In this document: in pieces, positions 1 through 13,513 of the stretch
Layout: every line of letters starts with the position of its first letter
How positions within the stretch are numbered: position 1 is the first letter of the stretch
Origin: Eledone cirrhosa
Lineage: Eukaryota
Length of the DNA: 64,000 bases
Direction: 5' to 3'
NCBI GenBank assembly: GCA_964016885.1
Contig: OZ024742.1
Coordinates: forward strand, 210,056,001-210,120,000
Position numbers and translations under genes: made by a program
The notes under the pieces: generated by a model
What the model saw: only the letters and a program-made list of their open reading frames with translations
The model's database searches: none
Told to the model about the DNA's origin: nothing

Positions 1-329
1 CTTTGGTAATTATAATGGTGACGATGCTGCTGATAATGTGATATCGAAGTAGATTCTAGTGGTATAAAAGGAATAAGGAATAGAAAAGATGGAATTAAGA
101 AGGTCTAAAGTTCTCGAATTTCGTTGCTGATTTGTGCCGACAAAAAATAGTTCGTTCAATTCTACTGTTAAGAAGGATTTTGTTGAAATTAAGAATTTGG
201 AAAAGTTCCATATTGCAGAGCCTGCAGTGGGACATACCAATTTGATAGGCCTTTGCTTTTGACAATATTGTCTAACTGATCTCGTATTCAAGGCTTGCAT
301 TCTTGAGTTGCCAGATTTTGTTGGCGAGA

Positions 330-479
330 GTTGTTGTATTTGAGAGATTCTTATTAATCGTAACTTACTTATTTACTCATCTACCTATTTATTTATTTAT
401 TTACTTTTTTTATTTATTTAACCTTTTTTTTTATTATTTTAAATTTTAAATTTTTTTACTTTTTTTAGTTTTGTTTTTT

Positions 480-510
<31 letters not shown>

Positions 511-1246
511 TGCTTATATCTTATATCTATATTTTCTTAAATCTTACATCTCTATTTTCACTTGCACTCATTCTTGCATTAACGTATATTCATCTTTCTG
601 CTCGTCTTCCGCCTTCTCTCCATCCTTTTTCTCCCTATATTTATCAACAATAACTTATCCGTTCGCACGTCTTTTCTCTTTTTTTTATTTGATGAACATG
701 CTTGCGCATTTTTAGCTGTATTACCCTCCCGGTCTTCTTCCTTCTATTTGTCTCTTTCTCTCTTTTCCTTTCTCTTTCTCCTTTTTCATCTTTCTCTGCC
801 TCTTTCTCTGTTTCTTTCTTCATCTTTCTTTCTTTTCTCTACCTTCACTATTTCTATCCCCTCCCCCCTCTTTTCTTTCTATCTGTATCTCTATTTCTAC
901 TACTATTTTGATGTGATAGTTCGAACTCGTAAATTTGCCGGTTACATAGTTATTTGTATTTTCTTTCTCTCTATCGGCTTTCCTCCTCTGCTTCTCTATA
1001 TATCTTTATTATTAATATTAGTATTGATGTGGTAATTTGAATTTGTAATTTTACCGTTACGCATATTTATTTTATTTTCTCTTGGTCTCTGACGAAATGA
1101 TGGAAATAATATGTATTTTAAATTGAGTGACACTACCTTCTGTGTTTAGCAATTTTTAGACAACTCTATCATAGAAACAATTGTTAGACTGTAAATAAAT
1201 TTCCTTGTTGGTACTGTCGACCATGTTATTCTTCAATTTTTCAATT
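330..1246 (+). mobile_element. Probable Penelope-like element 3' non-coding region/pseudo-LTR
   Basis: Long pyrimidine-rich tract ending in a hammerhead motif (1084-1190) and a short tail abutting (TA)n. Same layout as the arms at 43530-44850. Confidence 0.5.
1084..1190 (+). ncRNA. Type I hammerhead ribozyme with long stem II insert
   Basis: GGTCT-CTGACGA-a-ATGATGGA...TCTATCAT-a-GAAAC-AATT-GTT-AGACT. Stem I ggtct/agact, palindromic stem III ACAATTGT, GUU triplet. Confidence 0.75.
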
Positions 1247-1274
1247 ATATATATATATATATATTCATGTATAG

Positions 1275-1530
1275 GGTAAAGGGTAAAGATCCCCTTCGAT
1301 CACAAATGACCATGGGACTTGCACCTAGTCCGGGCAAGGTTGTTTGTGGAAGACTAGCAGTCCCCTCCCCACACCACTGATGTTGTCCAAGGGAAAGGCA
1401 AAGGCCGATACCGCTTGGCACCAGTGACGTCGCAACTGATTTCTACAGACGAGTGAACTGGATCAAAATGAAATAAAGTGTCTTGCTCAAGAACACAATG
1501 CAAAGTTCGGCCCGAGAATCGAACTCACAA
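1275..1530 (-). mobile_element. Degraded SINE (family 2-related)
   Basis: Contains gaaataaagtgtcttgctcaag...gaatcgaactcacaa (reverse B-box), shared with 23620-23767 and 62008-62322. Confidence 0.6.
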
Positions 1531-1728
1531 ATTCATGTATTATATATATATATAAATACATAATCGGAGAAAGTTAATAGCGATACTCCGGCCAAATTCC
1601 AACTCACTCAACAAACATTAGGAAATACCTGAGTATATTCCTAATTAAACGTTCGGGGTGCTAACTAATTGTATTGTGTGGAAAATTGGCTGCATCATTT
1701 CATATGAGATATATCAAATATATCCCTT

Positions 1729-1855
1729 CCCAGACGGACGTCTCGTTTCATTATAAGATTTCTACAAGCTGGGTGAAATTATACCAAATTATGTAGAAGC
1801 TTGTATAAGATCAACAGATACTTATTCAAGTGGGCTCTTATAATTCTTCAGTGGG
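1729..1855 (-). ncRNA. Type I hammerhead ribozyme with ~90 nt branched stem II
   Basis: Minus strand: CCCA-CTGAAGA-ATTATAAGA...TCTTATAAT-GAAAC-GAGACGTCC-GTC-TGGG. Perfect 9-bp stem II base, GUC triplet, inner hairpin tacaagct/agcttgta. Confidence 0.8.
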
Positions 1856-2944
1856 TGCCCAATAATATTAATATTGATAAGCAAATCAACATCAATATTC
1901 TAGCGATAATCACCATCAGTGCTTGAGGGAGCTGCTAGGTTGTTAGTCCAACAGTTCTAAAGAAAATCTCACACTGTATATATATATATATATATATATA
2001 CTTCGTTTTTTAATTTGTTTTGCAAGATTTCTTATCTGAAAACGTGTGTTGAAACAGACATTGTTATATTTTGGGAGGGTCATGCTGCCAATAAAAACAC
2101 ACGCACCTGTTAGATTTCACTTCAATTTATTATAAATTTCCGGTTGGTTGGTTGCTTCGATAACCGGATGGCTGTTAATATTTTGTCAAAGCTCTTTCGT
2201 CACACATTATGTGACTGGGTTTGTATTTTGTGTCTCTCCTTAGTTCTGTCCTACACCATCTTATATATATATATATATTCCTGTATCTCTTTTCTTATTA
2301 TTTTAAACGTTAAACTGATATATTTCTTTATTGTTTGCCATTTTGTGCCTCTTTCCGCTAGCAAAATATTTCTGGGGTCGTTTCTTCTTTTTCTCTTTTT
2401 CTCTTGTCTGTCCTGGGAGGGATGGACTCTCTCAGGTTTCAAAATAATCCATACAATCCCTATGCCATGACGGATTTACATAGTTATATATCTAGCTCTT
2501 TAGTTACATATATGCACTTTTTATTACATGCTAATCACTACTTATCTATCAGCTCTCACTCTCTGTCTATCTATCTATCACGTTTTCAATCTCTTTCTCT
2601 CTTTCTTTCTTCCTCTCACACCCTGCTCTCTATCTTTCACTTTCCCTTCTGCCGTCTTAGTCTCTGACTCTCTTTCTCTTCCACTCTCTCTCTCTCCCTT
2701 CTTTCCAAGTGTTGAAGAGGAGTAAAACAAATTAAAATATGTGCTTCTAGCTATACTGTTAATTAATTTTTCAAAGGTGAAAATAGTTTTGAATTTATAA
2801 ATCCACTGAGAAAAACAAAGATGGTGTTTACAAGCGAATCCCGTTGTTTCCACTTCACATCAGTTAGACTCATGCATGCTCTCTCAGTTAGATTGTTCAT
2901 GGTTTGTTAATAATTGCAAATTCATCATCCGAGTATTGATTAGT

Positions 2945-3182
<238 letters not shown>

Positions 3183-3199
3183 ACAATATATTAACAAAT

Positions 3200-5150
3200 G
3201 GAAACTATATTTATAAAACCATATTTATTCTATTATACATATTTCAAGGGCCACCAAGGCAGATTGTGGTGCGCTTTCATCAGATAAAATATAATACAAA
3301 TTAGTTTTATAAATAAATATTGACATACCCTGAAAAAAATGCAACCTTAACGGTTGGAGCTTCCTGGATAGTGGAGATATTAGATTTATTGTTATGATTT
3401 AGTATGCAAATTAGTGTCGGAAAGGTTTAAATAACAGTATATTTAAATTAAACAGTTGGAAGAGAGAAAAAAAGAAAGAAAGAGAAAAGGAATTGTTTAT
3501 ATATATTTTTTGCCAGTGGGAGAGAGTAAACGTGACTATATTTAAGTGAGAGAGAATATTAGTTATAAGGACAATTATAGCGTAAGTTTGTTTACGTGAG
3601 AGGAGAGAAGAAGCGAAGAAACGAATACAGCGTGGATGAATAATAGCAGGATTCATTTTAATGATAGGTTGAAAAAATGTTATCTAAGGTTTAATTAATA
3701 AATTTGATTAAATGTTTAATTAATAATTTAATAGTTTAATCATTAGTTTAAATGTGTATGTTAGATTATTTAAAAAATTAAAAACTACTATATATTATTA
3801 AAAAATATATTATTATTATAAAAACATATATATTATTATTATAATAAAATATATATTATCATTAATTATTAATTATTAAAAAAATTGTAGGTTAAAAGTA
3901 TCCAAATAATTCTAAACCCATAGAAATTCCGAGAGTTTACAGAAGAATAACCCCTTATTTGTATTATAATAGCAGTACAGCGTAAAAGAAATTATTAGTG
4001 ATTTATTAATAACTCAGATGACTCTAAGGATTAAATGCTATAAGGTTAAGAAGTTAAAAAGTTAAATTTTCTATCTTAAGAATGTAATTAGAATATGAAT
4101 CTTATGGTATGTTATACTAAGTCATAAATTTATAAATTCATAAATTTACCTGTTATAAAGTTATAACAGTTAAAACATAAATTTACTTGCCATAACGTCA
4201 CAACATATAGAAATTATAACATTTAAAATTTTCATAAGAATATATTTAAAGCATAAAGCACAAAAAATCTCTTTCATAAGAATATATTTATAAAATATAT
4301 TTAAAGTATAAATTTTAGGTTATACCACATATACATCAAAAATCACTATGTTTATCATATATATATAAACATTTGGATATATATTTATTAAGCATTTGAA
4401 AAATATAAGAATATAGAAATATAAAATACACAATATAAAATATGAATTATAATTTTCCTATACCTGTCAGAGGAATTTTCAAAAAATTTTCCTTAAATCC
4501 TTCAGTAGGTTTATCAAGAAAAATGTATTCATTATTTATTCAAAGTAATCAAATTATTTTACAAACGGGATAAAAAAGATATATTCCGGACGCAGTCCCG
4601 CACACCTTTCTTTATTATTGTTAAGATATATATATTGAAATATACCTGTTGATATTTTCAATTATTGATATATTTTGAATTATTGTTGTTGTTCTGCAGC
4701 CCCCCTCCCCCATGTCACCTCTGACCGAACAGGTCTATGGCCTAACTAGTCAGACTAAAAATGAGAGTGTTTGATCCATAAATATAATTGTTCCAGATAT
4801 TCCATCTATCTGCCTAGCTGACTATCATACTGTATTTTCCAGCATACTGTATATTCATAAGTGATTCAACGTGATACTGTATACAATTCCAGTGATATTC
4901 GTTTTGTAGGATTCTGTGGTTATGCAACGAAATGAGTTTCCCTAAGCTGTTGTAGAATAACTAACTGGCTTTTATACTGTTCATGTTCAATAATATATGA
5001 AGTTTGTTATCTTTGTTACGCGTTTGTTGATTAAGACACTGTATTGTTTTCCCAAGTAGGTTATAAGATTCCTGTTGAAAGGTGGATTAAACCAGATCTT
5101 ATTTCTTTCACTGGTGTTGGTTTTGTTATTGTTTGCGGTACGTGAGATAT
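3200..5150 (-). mobile_element. Decayed Penelope-like retroelement (GIY-YIG remnant, AT-rich 3' region, pLTR)
   Basis: Minus strand near 4800-4900 reads NITGIVYSIT (GIY-like motif). HHR at 3227-3290 is in the same orientation at the 3' end. Confidence 0.55.
3227..3290 (-). ncRNA. Type I hammerhead ribozyme
   Basis: Minus strand: ATTTTAT-CTGATGA-AAGCGCACCA-caatctgcct-TGGTGGCCCTT-GAAA-TATGTA-TA-ATAGAAT; AUA triplet. Confidence 0.8.
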
Positions 5151-5334
5151 TCTATTGCTTTTTTGAAGAGGCTATGAGTGTTTCTCGGTCTGGAAAATGA
5201 TGCTTTATCAAAAGAAAGGAAGCCGATAGTAACCAATTAATATATCTATTCTTTAAATATTTAGTGAAGCTGATTTTGAATTTCTGGTTACAATGTGTAT
5301 TAGAGGATAAATTTTCATATATATATATATGGAT

Positions 5335-5530
5335 TCATAGCTCCTGGGAGAGTCGTAGCGGCACCATATTGATATACAGCGTTTAAACTTCATGAAACCC
5401 ATCCCCTCTCCGGACCTAAGTATAACACATTTCTTTCAGAGAATGATAGAGAGTGAGAGAAAGGAAGTGAGAAAGAGATATAGAGGAAGAATCGACCCCA
5501 TCAACCCCAGTATTGGACTGGTAGTATATG
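5335..5530. repeat. Dispersed repeat family (copies also at ~51390-51572 and ~60350-60490)
   Basis: Shared tctttcagagaa..gatagaga..gaaaggaagtgagaaagagatatagaggaagaatc..cccagta. Confidence 0.7.
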
Positions 5531-5639
5531 AACTGAGAGAGCAGATTCTCGGAACAAATACCACAAGGCATTCTATTCGACGTTCTATGCCTTACATGCA
5601 TATATATAATATATATATATATATACATATATAAAGAGA

Positions 5640-5730
<91 letters not shown>

Positions 5731-5731
<1 letters not shown>

Positions 5732-6302
5732 CAAACAAACCGAACATTATAATAAATGTTCGGTAAACCCATACATACATATATATATGTGTGCATGTAT
5801 GTATATATATACATACTACTGTACGTCTGTATACATATATGTATGTACGTATACATACTTATATTTAGGTATCAGCTGTACGAAGAGTGAGAAATGAAAT
5901 TTCGTTTCATTCTTTTCCATTTATCGTTTTCGGTACGCCGGGCCGACTAACTCACTCGATATGCAAATTAGGCTGCTCAGCCGTTAATATGCATAAGGAA
6001 AGTATATACTTTCAAACGTTCAATCATCTGACAGAAAGGTATACGATGCTGACGATAGCTAATAAGCTTGAAACTGGTACATCGTTCCTATGTCAGTGTT
6101 GAACAAAAGGGCGACGATGGTTGCCGAGCACTGTACGGCGTAATTCGGGCTGTTTGTTTACAAACAAACCGAACATTATAATAAATGTTCGGTAAACCCA
6201 TACGTACATATATATATATATATGTGTGCATGTATGTATATGTATATGTATATATACATACTACTGTACGTCTGTATACATATATGTATGTACGTATACA
6301 TA

Positions 6303-6309
<7 letters not shown>
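5731..6309 (+). mobile_element. Retrozyme-like non-coding element with ~135-150 bp terminal direct repeats and internal HHR
   Basis: acaaacaaaccgaacattataataaatgttcgg...catacttatat occurs at 5731-5864 and 6160-6309; HHR at 6043-6085; flanked by (TA)n. Confidence 0.7.
6043..6085 (+). ncRNA. Minimal type I hammerhead ribozyme
   Basis: ACGATG-CTGACGA-t-AGCT-aata-AGCT-t-GAAAC-TG-GTA-CATCGT. Perfect 6-bp stem I, intact core, GUA triplet, very short stem III. Confidence 0.85.
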
Positions 6310-6394
<85 letters not shown>

Positions 6395-6967
6395 AATATA
6401 TATATATATATATGTATATATGTGTGTGTGTGTGTAGAAATAAACACAGTAAATTCTGTGTCTAAAATTACGAGGGTAGAGAATGCCACAAATGTTTTAT
6501 ATATTTTACCTGCAACATACAGTACGATATAAAATTATATACAGACCGTATCAATAACCATTTCATCTCTCGGACAGATTAGAGATTTAATCTGTTTCGC
6601 CCTGAAAATTGTGTTTGTAACAGATAATCCGTAGGCTTTCCTCAGCAAGAGATAAGATCAAATGAAACAAAACACATCTAACAACAACTCACATGAGTAA
6701 ATAATACACCTCGTGGGTTGCGCGCTATACGTGGTGTGAGTGGATGTACTAGAAATAATAGTCTTATTACACTCAACTTATAAGCTCACCTAGTTAGGGA
6801 GCCGAATACAAATAAAATACAGAGTTTTTAACTGATATTGATACTCTGAAATTAACAAGCTCAAAATATAAATAGTGAGCATTATATAATAATATATGTA
6901 GATATAAACTACCCTCGTAATTTTAGACACGGAATTTACTTTGTTTATTTCTACATATATTATTATA

Positions 6968-7393
6968 TAATTGGTTCTACTTTAGGCACAAGGCCAGCAA
7001 TTACCCAGTACATTACTGGTACTTTATTTTATCGACCCCGTAAGGATGAAAGGCAAAGTTAACCTCGGCGGGATTTGAACTCAGATTGTAAAGGGACGTA
7101 ACTATGCTAGAAAGCATGGCGTCCACCCATATATATTATTATATAATTGTTTCTACTTTTGGCACAAGGCCAGCAATTATTCAGTGCATTACTGGTACTT
7201 TATTTTATCGACCCCGTAAGGATGAAAGGCAAAGTTAACCTCGGCGGGATTTGAACTCAAACCATAAAGGGGCGTAACTCTTTGCTGCAAAGCATAGCGT
7301 CAGACCCTCTACCGATACTGCCAATCCACTATACTTTGAACTTGTAATTGCAGGGTATCAATATGAGTTAATAACTGTATTTTATTAGTATTT

Positions 7394-7433
<40 letters not shown>

Positions 7434-7615
7434 GTTTCTACTTTAGGCACAAGGCCAGCAATTACCCAGTGCATTACTGGTACTTTATTTTATCGACCCC
7501 GTAAGGATGAAAGGCAAAGTCAACCTCAGCTGGATTTGAACTCAGATCGTAAAGGGACGTAACTATGCTGGAAAGCATGGCGTCCGACCCTCTACCGATA
7601 CTGCCAATCCACCGC
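6968..7615 (-). mobile_element. Three tRNA-derived SINE (family 1) copies (~6968-7125, 7145-7330, 7431-7615)
   Basis: ~190 bp unit with A-box-like TGGCAGTATCGG, B-box GTTCAAATCC and core ttgcctttcatccttacggggtcgataaaataaagtacc. Confidence 0.9.
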
Positions 7616-8837
7616 CTTTATATATATATATAATGTATGTGCGTGTGTGTGCATGTGCTTGTGCTTGTGTGTACGTGCGTGTGTGTGTGTGTATGTATAT
7701 AAATTTGAGTATGTGTTGCTTAGTTACCGACACTTCAGTATGCAGGGTAGAGCACTTCTCATTTTTATGTGTATGTATATATATATATATATGTGTGTGT
7801 GTACGTGTGTGTAATACCATGTTCCTATATTGTGATTGGAAAATATGTGCCAGAGTCCTAAGCATGTTTAAGCTTAACACTAAAATAACACGAAATTAGT
7901 GCAGAATGGAGACCTTACTTGAGAAATCCACCAAACCACAATGACATTTGATTAATAAAATAACAAAGAATAAAACAAATTTTAAGAAAAAGAAGAAATA
8001 AAAGACAAAATATATTACTGAAGGAATGAAAGCAATGCAATGTTGAAAGTCAAACAAGCTGAATGAACGTGACTGGAGACCTCTTTATAATCATAGTATA
8101 GACAGAAGATTTAGGATACCTTGTAATCAGCTGCGTGTTGAGATAATCTAAAGATAGATCAGGCTTTTGTTTTCCTTTCAACGAATATCTTGAGCACATT
8201 TAAGTTAAAATCGTGTTGGCATTTGAGTGGCGTTAGAGTTAGTAGTGGTGATAGTGGTGATATTGTTTGTAGTGGTGGTAATGTTGGTAGTAGTGGTCGT
8301 AGTGGTGGTAGGTGTGCTGGTGAGGGAGGGTACTGTTATTGGATGGTGTTTAGAATTGTAGCAGATGTTTTGAACTGATTTCATAGAAGGAAGAAACTTT
8401 GAGTTTGATCAATAGTGCTGATAAACTATATTACATTCATGAGGACTTTGTAACAATGAAAGTAGTAGCAAAAAAAATTGCATAATCATCAACAACCGCA
8501 ACAATAGCAAACTAAACCAATGATGAAGACTTTATGTGGCTACTTGACTTAGAAATGGCAGATCACACCACACTCTTTTTATTGGCACTAGATAATGTAA
8601 TTCTATATTTACATAAAGAGGAAGCGATAGTCACGACTGCTAGAATGTGTATGCCAAAAACAGCTTTTTTTAAATTTAACTATCTTCAAATAAACTGTTG
8701 ATAGATTAGTCATCAATTAAAATGTCTATTAAAAAGGAAATGGTACAAGCAGCCATTCAAGAAAGAATGGCAACGAGATCCCAAATGTAAAGATTGCCTT
8801 CAATAAGATATAAACAATAAAGAAGCTAGCTGGTGTA

Positions 8838-9864
8838 CAAGGGTGGGGTGAAAAGTTCATAGACTGACCATAAAGAATTGATGCTAGAGCTGTGAAATCT
8901 TGCTTGCATTCATTTCACCTTTTCTTATTAATAACTGCATTGTTTCTTTCCAGATAAACTGACATTTAATTGTTCAAAGAAGACTTCAAATGTAACTAGT
9001 AGTGACTTCTCTTGAAAATGGATAAAACCTGGCATCGTGGAGTTATCAAACAACTGCAGAAAAAGGGCTTAGTCCCCAAGGTCATTCATGCTGACATGGT
9101 TGTGACATTTTGATATGACTCTCCAGCTATATCAACATTGCAAAAGAGGGCAGCTGAATTTATGAGTCTTGAAGATGACCCAAGGTCTGGACGCCCTGAA
9201 ACTGTCCACGCTGAGGAAAACATCGATGGTGTTCACCACATGGTGATGGAAGACAGGCGATTGACTATAAATCAAATAGCCAATGCTATTAGCAAATCGC
9301 GTGAGAAAGTTGAGAATATTCTACACAATGAACTTGGCATAACAAACGTTTCTGCTTCGTGGATGCAAAAGGCATTGTGTTTATTGTCTATCTTCCAAAG
9401 AGCCACACCATCAATGGAGAGTACTATGTCACCTGGCTGACACAGTTACGTAAGGCTATCAAGACCAAACATCCAGGAAAATTGACGAAAGGGGTCTTGT
9501 TTAATCAGGACAATGCTCTAGCACACAAGTCCTTGGTTTCAATGTCTGCTGTGCATGACTGTGGTTTTGAACTGGTTCATCACCCTTCCTATTCTGATTT
9601 GGCCCCATCTGACTATCATCTGTTTCCCAACATAAAAACGTACTTCGCTGGGAACCAGTATCACAGTGATGACGATGTCATATCTGCTATTGACGACTTT
9701 TTACCAACAGGAATAAAGCTTTTCATCAATGAGCTCCAATCACTGCAACACCAATGGAAGTAGTGTGTGGACTGCAAGGGGGTCTATCTTGAAAACTAAA
9801 CCTCGTTTGGTCACATTCCATGACAGTATCTTCGTCAATCTATGAACTTTTCTGCTGACCTTCG
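8838..9864 (+). mobile_element. Mariner DNA transposon, internally deleted, transposase pseudogene
   Basis: TIRs caagggtggggtgaaaagttcatagactgac / gtcaatctatgaacttttctgctgaccttcg with flanking TA. Motifs EDDPRSGRP, QDNALAH and YSDLAPSDYHLFP. Confidence 0.92.
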
Positions 9865-10760
9865 TAAATGCTGCAACTTTACTCTGAGAGGAAAAAAGCA
9901 AATAAAACCATGCTAATAAAACACAAAACTCAATTAGTGGCAAAAAAAGAAGTCAACAGAGAGAGAACAAAAAAGCCATAAATAAACCGCTTATTGTTGG
10001 CTATTTCCATAAGCTTAACATTACCTTTGCAAACATCTATCATCTGACATACTGTCAGACAGCATTGCCGGACAGTAAAATTGCTGAAAATGCACAATGA
10101 AAGAAACAAAACTTTCATCTCATTCAAGATGGAATAGCCTTTCATAAAAAGATCGTGATAGCAGATATCTGAAAGACATTTTTGTTTTTCAATTATTATT
10201 GATAAAAGTACAGACATTTCAGTTACCCAAATCAATGTGATGTTTTGAAGAGAATAAGCAGGATGTCGTCAATGCAATGTTAGAAATAGAACAACTCTTT
10301 ATCTTCACAATGCTGTCAGAACTACATTGCTTGAAAGAAATAGTCAATAAGAAAATATTATTGGATTTGCAAGCGATAATTTTTCTTCCATGATGATGAC
10401 CCCCAAAATATGCTTCATGACAGTGACACATAAGAACAACTCGATCGATAAGTTCACAGACTTCACTCGCATACCAAGTGGCGTGGAAATCAGACCAAGT
10501 AAACAATGGTTCCATTCGTCTATCCATTGCTGATTTCTAATCTTTTTAGTGTGATATAACTGTCCACAGTCAAATGTAACCACTAATTAAGGATTTACAA
10601 AGTAATGTCTACGAAGTATGTAGATCCATGCTGAAGCCTATTATAAATCAAGACAGCATGATATTGCATTGTATAGGATCTGGTTTGTGAACGATAGACT
10701 GATTATATTTAACGTAACGAAATGGACATCATTTCATACATACATACGTACATACATACA

Positions 10761-13160
10761 GTCAACGCGATCAGTCGCATATTTTGGCGTGGGAGGCTAT
10801 TTATTAAATTTAAGATGAATACTATCTCCGACATGTTGAATAACTGCTTATTCTTCTAACTATATCTTCTGAAGATACCTTTTATTCGAATTCGTAGAGA
10901 TATCCGACTAAATACTCAATTCATTTTACAAGGATTTGCTACAAACAGCATGGCTGAACACAACATCAACAACAAAATTAAGAAAGTATCGAAGACAAAC
11001 AACAAGAAAGGTAAATAAACGTTATTCAGTTGTAGCTACAGAAGAAACCGAAATTATAAATCGCATTTCTCTTGGAGTTGCGAACTTAATAATGATTTAT
11101 TTAATTGTTATAAAATGGCAAAAAACAATCTCTCTATTGGTTATATGAACAGAATGAAGCTACACTGGGACGAAATGCACCCAGAGCTAAATTATTTCAC
11201 AGCGAAACAATTACGCCAACAAGCGACGTTTGTTGAACGTAAAAATAAGATAAATAGTATTAATTGTAAGTCCCCCACAACAAACATGGGATCAACAACA
11301 CGTGCTACAGGTTGCCATGCTACTAGACTTCCTAGCAGCCAGGTCGAACAGCGCCTTGAAACAACTATGCCTGTAAGAAACTTGACACCACCTGTACCAT
11401 CTAAGTCTACCTCGAAAGCTTGGGAAAACACTATCGATAATAATAATAATCGAAGAAATAATAATAATAATCAAAGAAATTTGACACCACGTGTACCATC
11501 CGAGTCTACCTCGACTGTTGTGGAAAATACTATCGATAATGATAATAATCAAAGTATAAACAATTGAAAATTTCCCTCAACGAAATCTTCCAGAGAGAAT
11601 TAGTTCATGTATAAATATATCTCTTGCTGAACGTATTAAAAGGACAATGTTTAATAAAAAAAAAAAAAAAAATAATGAAATATTACGTGTTATTGACGAA
11701 ATAGGGGTGAATATTTACGACGGATAAAAACCCCAAAATTTTGGCAAATCGGCGCCTATTTATATGCCCTAGCAACTATCTTGGTGATAGCAGAGATATT
11801 AACAAGAACAAAACACCACCAAAAATACCATCATATATAACTAAAATAGAAAAAGAAATTGCTGACCTACGAAAAACCATAGGATATGTGACAATGCTCC
11901 TTACATGCAAACAAACACAAAAAACCTCACTCCTCACCAACAAAGAGTGAAAGATGAAATAGAAACGATCTTTGGTAACAGTAGAACCAGAACTCTTCAA
12001 TATAAGCTGATCACCCTCAAACAAGAATTGAGAGCTGTTAGTGAAAAACGCCGATACCTGAAGAAGGTAGATGACAGAAAAGTGCTTAAAAAAAGATTCA
12101 GACGAAACCAAACATCAGTCTATAGAGATGTGAAGAACAAAATAATAAGTGTCACTGAGGCCCCATCCCAGAAAGACATAGATTCCTTTTGGAGAAAAAT
12201 ATGGGATGAAAAGAAGAATTTCAACCAAGATGCAGTGTGGCTAAAAGAAATCTGAAAGAACTATTGCTCTTACACTACACGAAATACCTGATTCACAAAA
12301 GAGATAGGGATGCAGGCAAAACACCTAGATGTGATAACAAGTGCAGACTCTGCAGAACTAACGTCGAGGATATCACCCATGTCATCAGCAGCTCTCCAAA
12401 GATGTCATCGCGGTACTATCTACCTATGAGGCATGATGTAGTGGCCAAAACACTGTAAAATGCAGTTCGTAAAAAAGATAGCCCCGATAATAAACACATT
12501 AAAAGCTACAGCAATGTGGAAGTCATCCACGTACATAATATGAAAGAGTACTGGTGGAATGTTCCAGTAAAAACCCCAATAAAATGCAGGCATAACAGAC
12601 CAGATATTATGATATGGGACAGGGAGAAAAAAGCATGCACAGTAGTGGAAATTAGCTGCCCAGCATATGCCAATATAATATCAAAGATTAGCGAAAAGGA
12701 GAATATTTATGCAGAACTGATGAGAAATCTGCAGATACTCCACCCTGATTGCACCTTCAGATTTATGCCTGTGATTATTGGGGCACTGGGGTATGTTAGT
12801 AACTGCCTCAATACAAATCTTGAGAAGCTAGGCTTCACAGGGACAGAAAGAACACAACTAGTTAGGAAATTACAAGTACAATCCATTAATGGAACAGTAA
12901 AAATATGTAAAACATTCCAAAAATATTGCATCTAATAACTGCATATACACATGTACAGATACAAAGCATATACACATGCACACATACAACTCAAAACATA
13001 CACATCCACACATACAATAACATCCATATCTACACACGCATACATATCTACCTCGTTGATGTTGTGTAAATTCCAATGAGAGAGTCTTGTGTCTATGTTA
13101 GAAACCGACTCTCTCTCTCTATTGGGAAAAAGATTTGTGAAATTATAAAACCAGAAGAAC
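10761..13160 (+). mobile_element. R4/Dong-like RLE non-LTR retrotransposon, copy 1 (RT deleted)
   Basis: N-terminal YMNRMKLHWDEMHP...KQLRQQ, zinc knuckle CRLC..EDITHVISS, RHD and RPD..VEI restriction-like endonuclease motifs; begins after (CATA)n. Confidence 0.85.
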
Positions 13161-13304
13161 ATACATACATACATACATATACATGCACACACATACACAC
13201 ATACACACATACACACATACATACACAGATACATGCATACGTACATACATACATACATACATACATACATACATACATACATACATACATACATACATAC
13301 ATAC

Positions 13305-13495
13305 ATTGGATTTGCGGACAAAGAGCGCAGCTCCCTAATTCATAGTCTACAAATGGCTGCGATAGCTGGCACCTTCAAAATTTGCAAAACATTCTTGCGA
13401 TTCAAGGGATGACAATTTCTTTTCTTTTACAACCTTGCCACCAGGAAGGTGGCCGGTCAAAAAAATATACTCGAAATTAAGAGAAAGAGATAAAC
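13305..13495 (+). mobile_element. Extremely 5'-truncated 3' end of a second R4-like family (duplicate at ~15274-15462)
   Basis: Encodes GFADKERSSLIHSLQMAAIAGTFKICKTFLRFKG*, paralogous to the RLE C-terminus GTVKICKTF; flanked by (CATA)n on both sides. Confidence 0.75.
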
Positions 13496-13513
13496 ATACA
13501 TACATACATACAT

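Noticed and set aside
10-300. 96 aa minus ORF with LNTRS (AP-endonuclease-like start)
   Set aside because: Only one weak motif; cannot be assigned.
1585-1700. Long imperfect hairpin gccaaattcca / tggaaaattggc beside the 1729 HHR
   Set aside because: Could be stem II of a decayed second HHR, but the core nucleotides are not recognisable.
5160-5235. TTGAAGA-GGCT...AGCC-GATA hammerhead-like remnant
   Set aside because: Two core mismatches and no clear stems I or III; too degenerate to call.
9930-10600. Overlapping ~80-100 aa ORFs
   Set aside because: No recognisable motifs; likely chance ORFs or old repeat debris.
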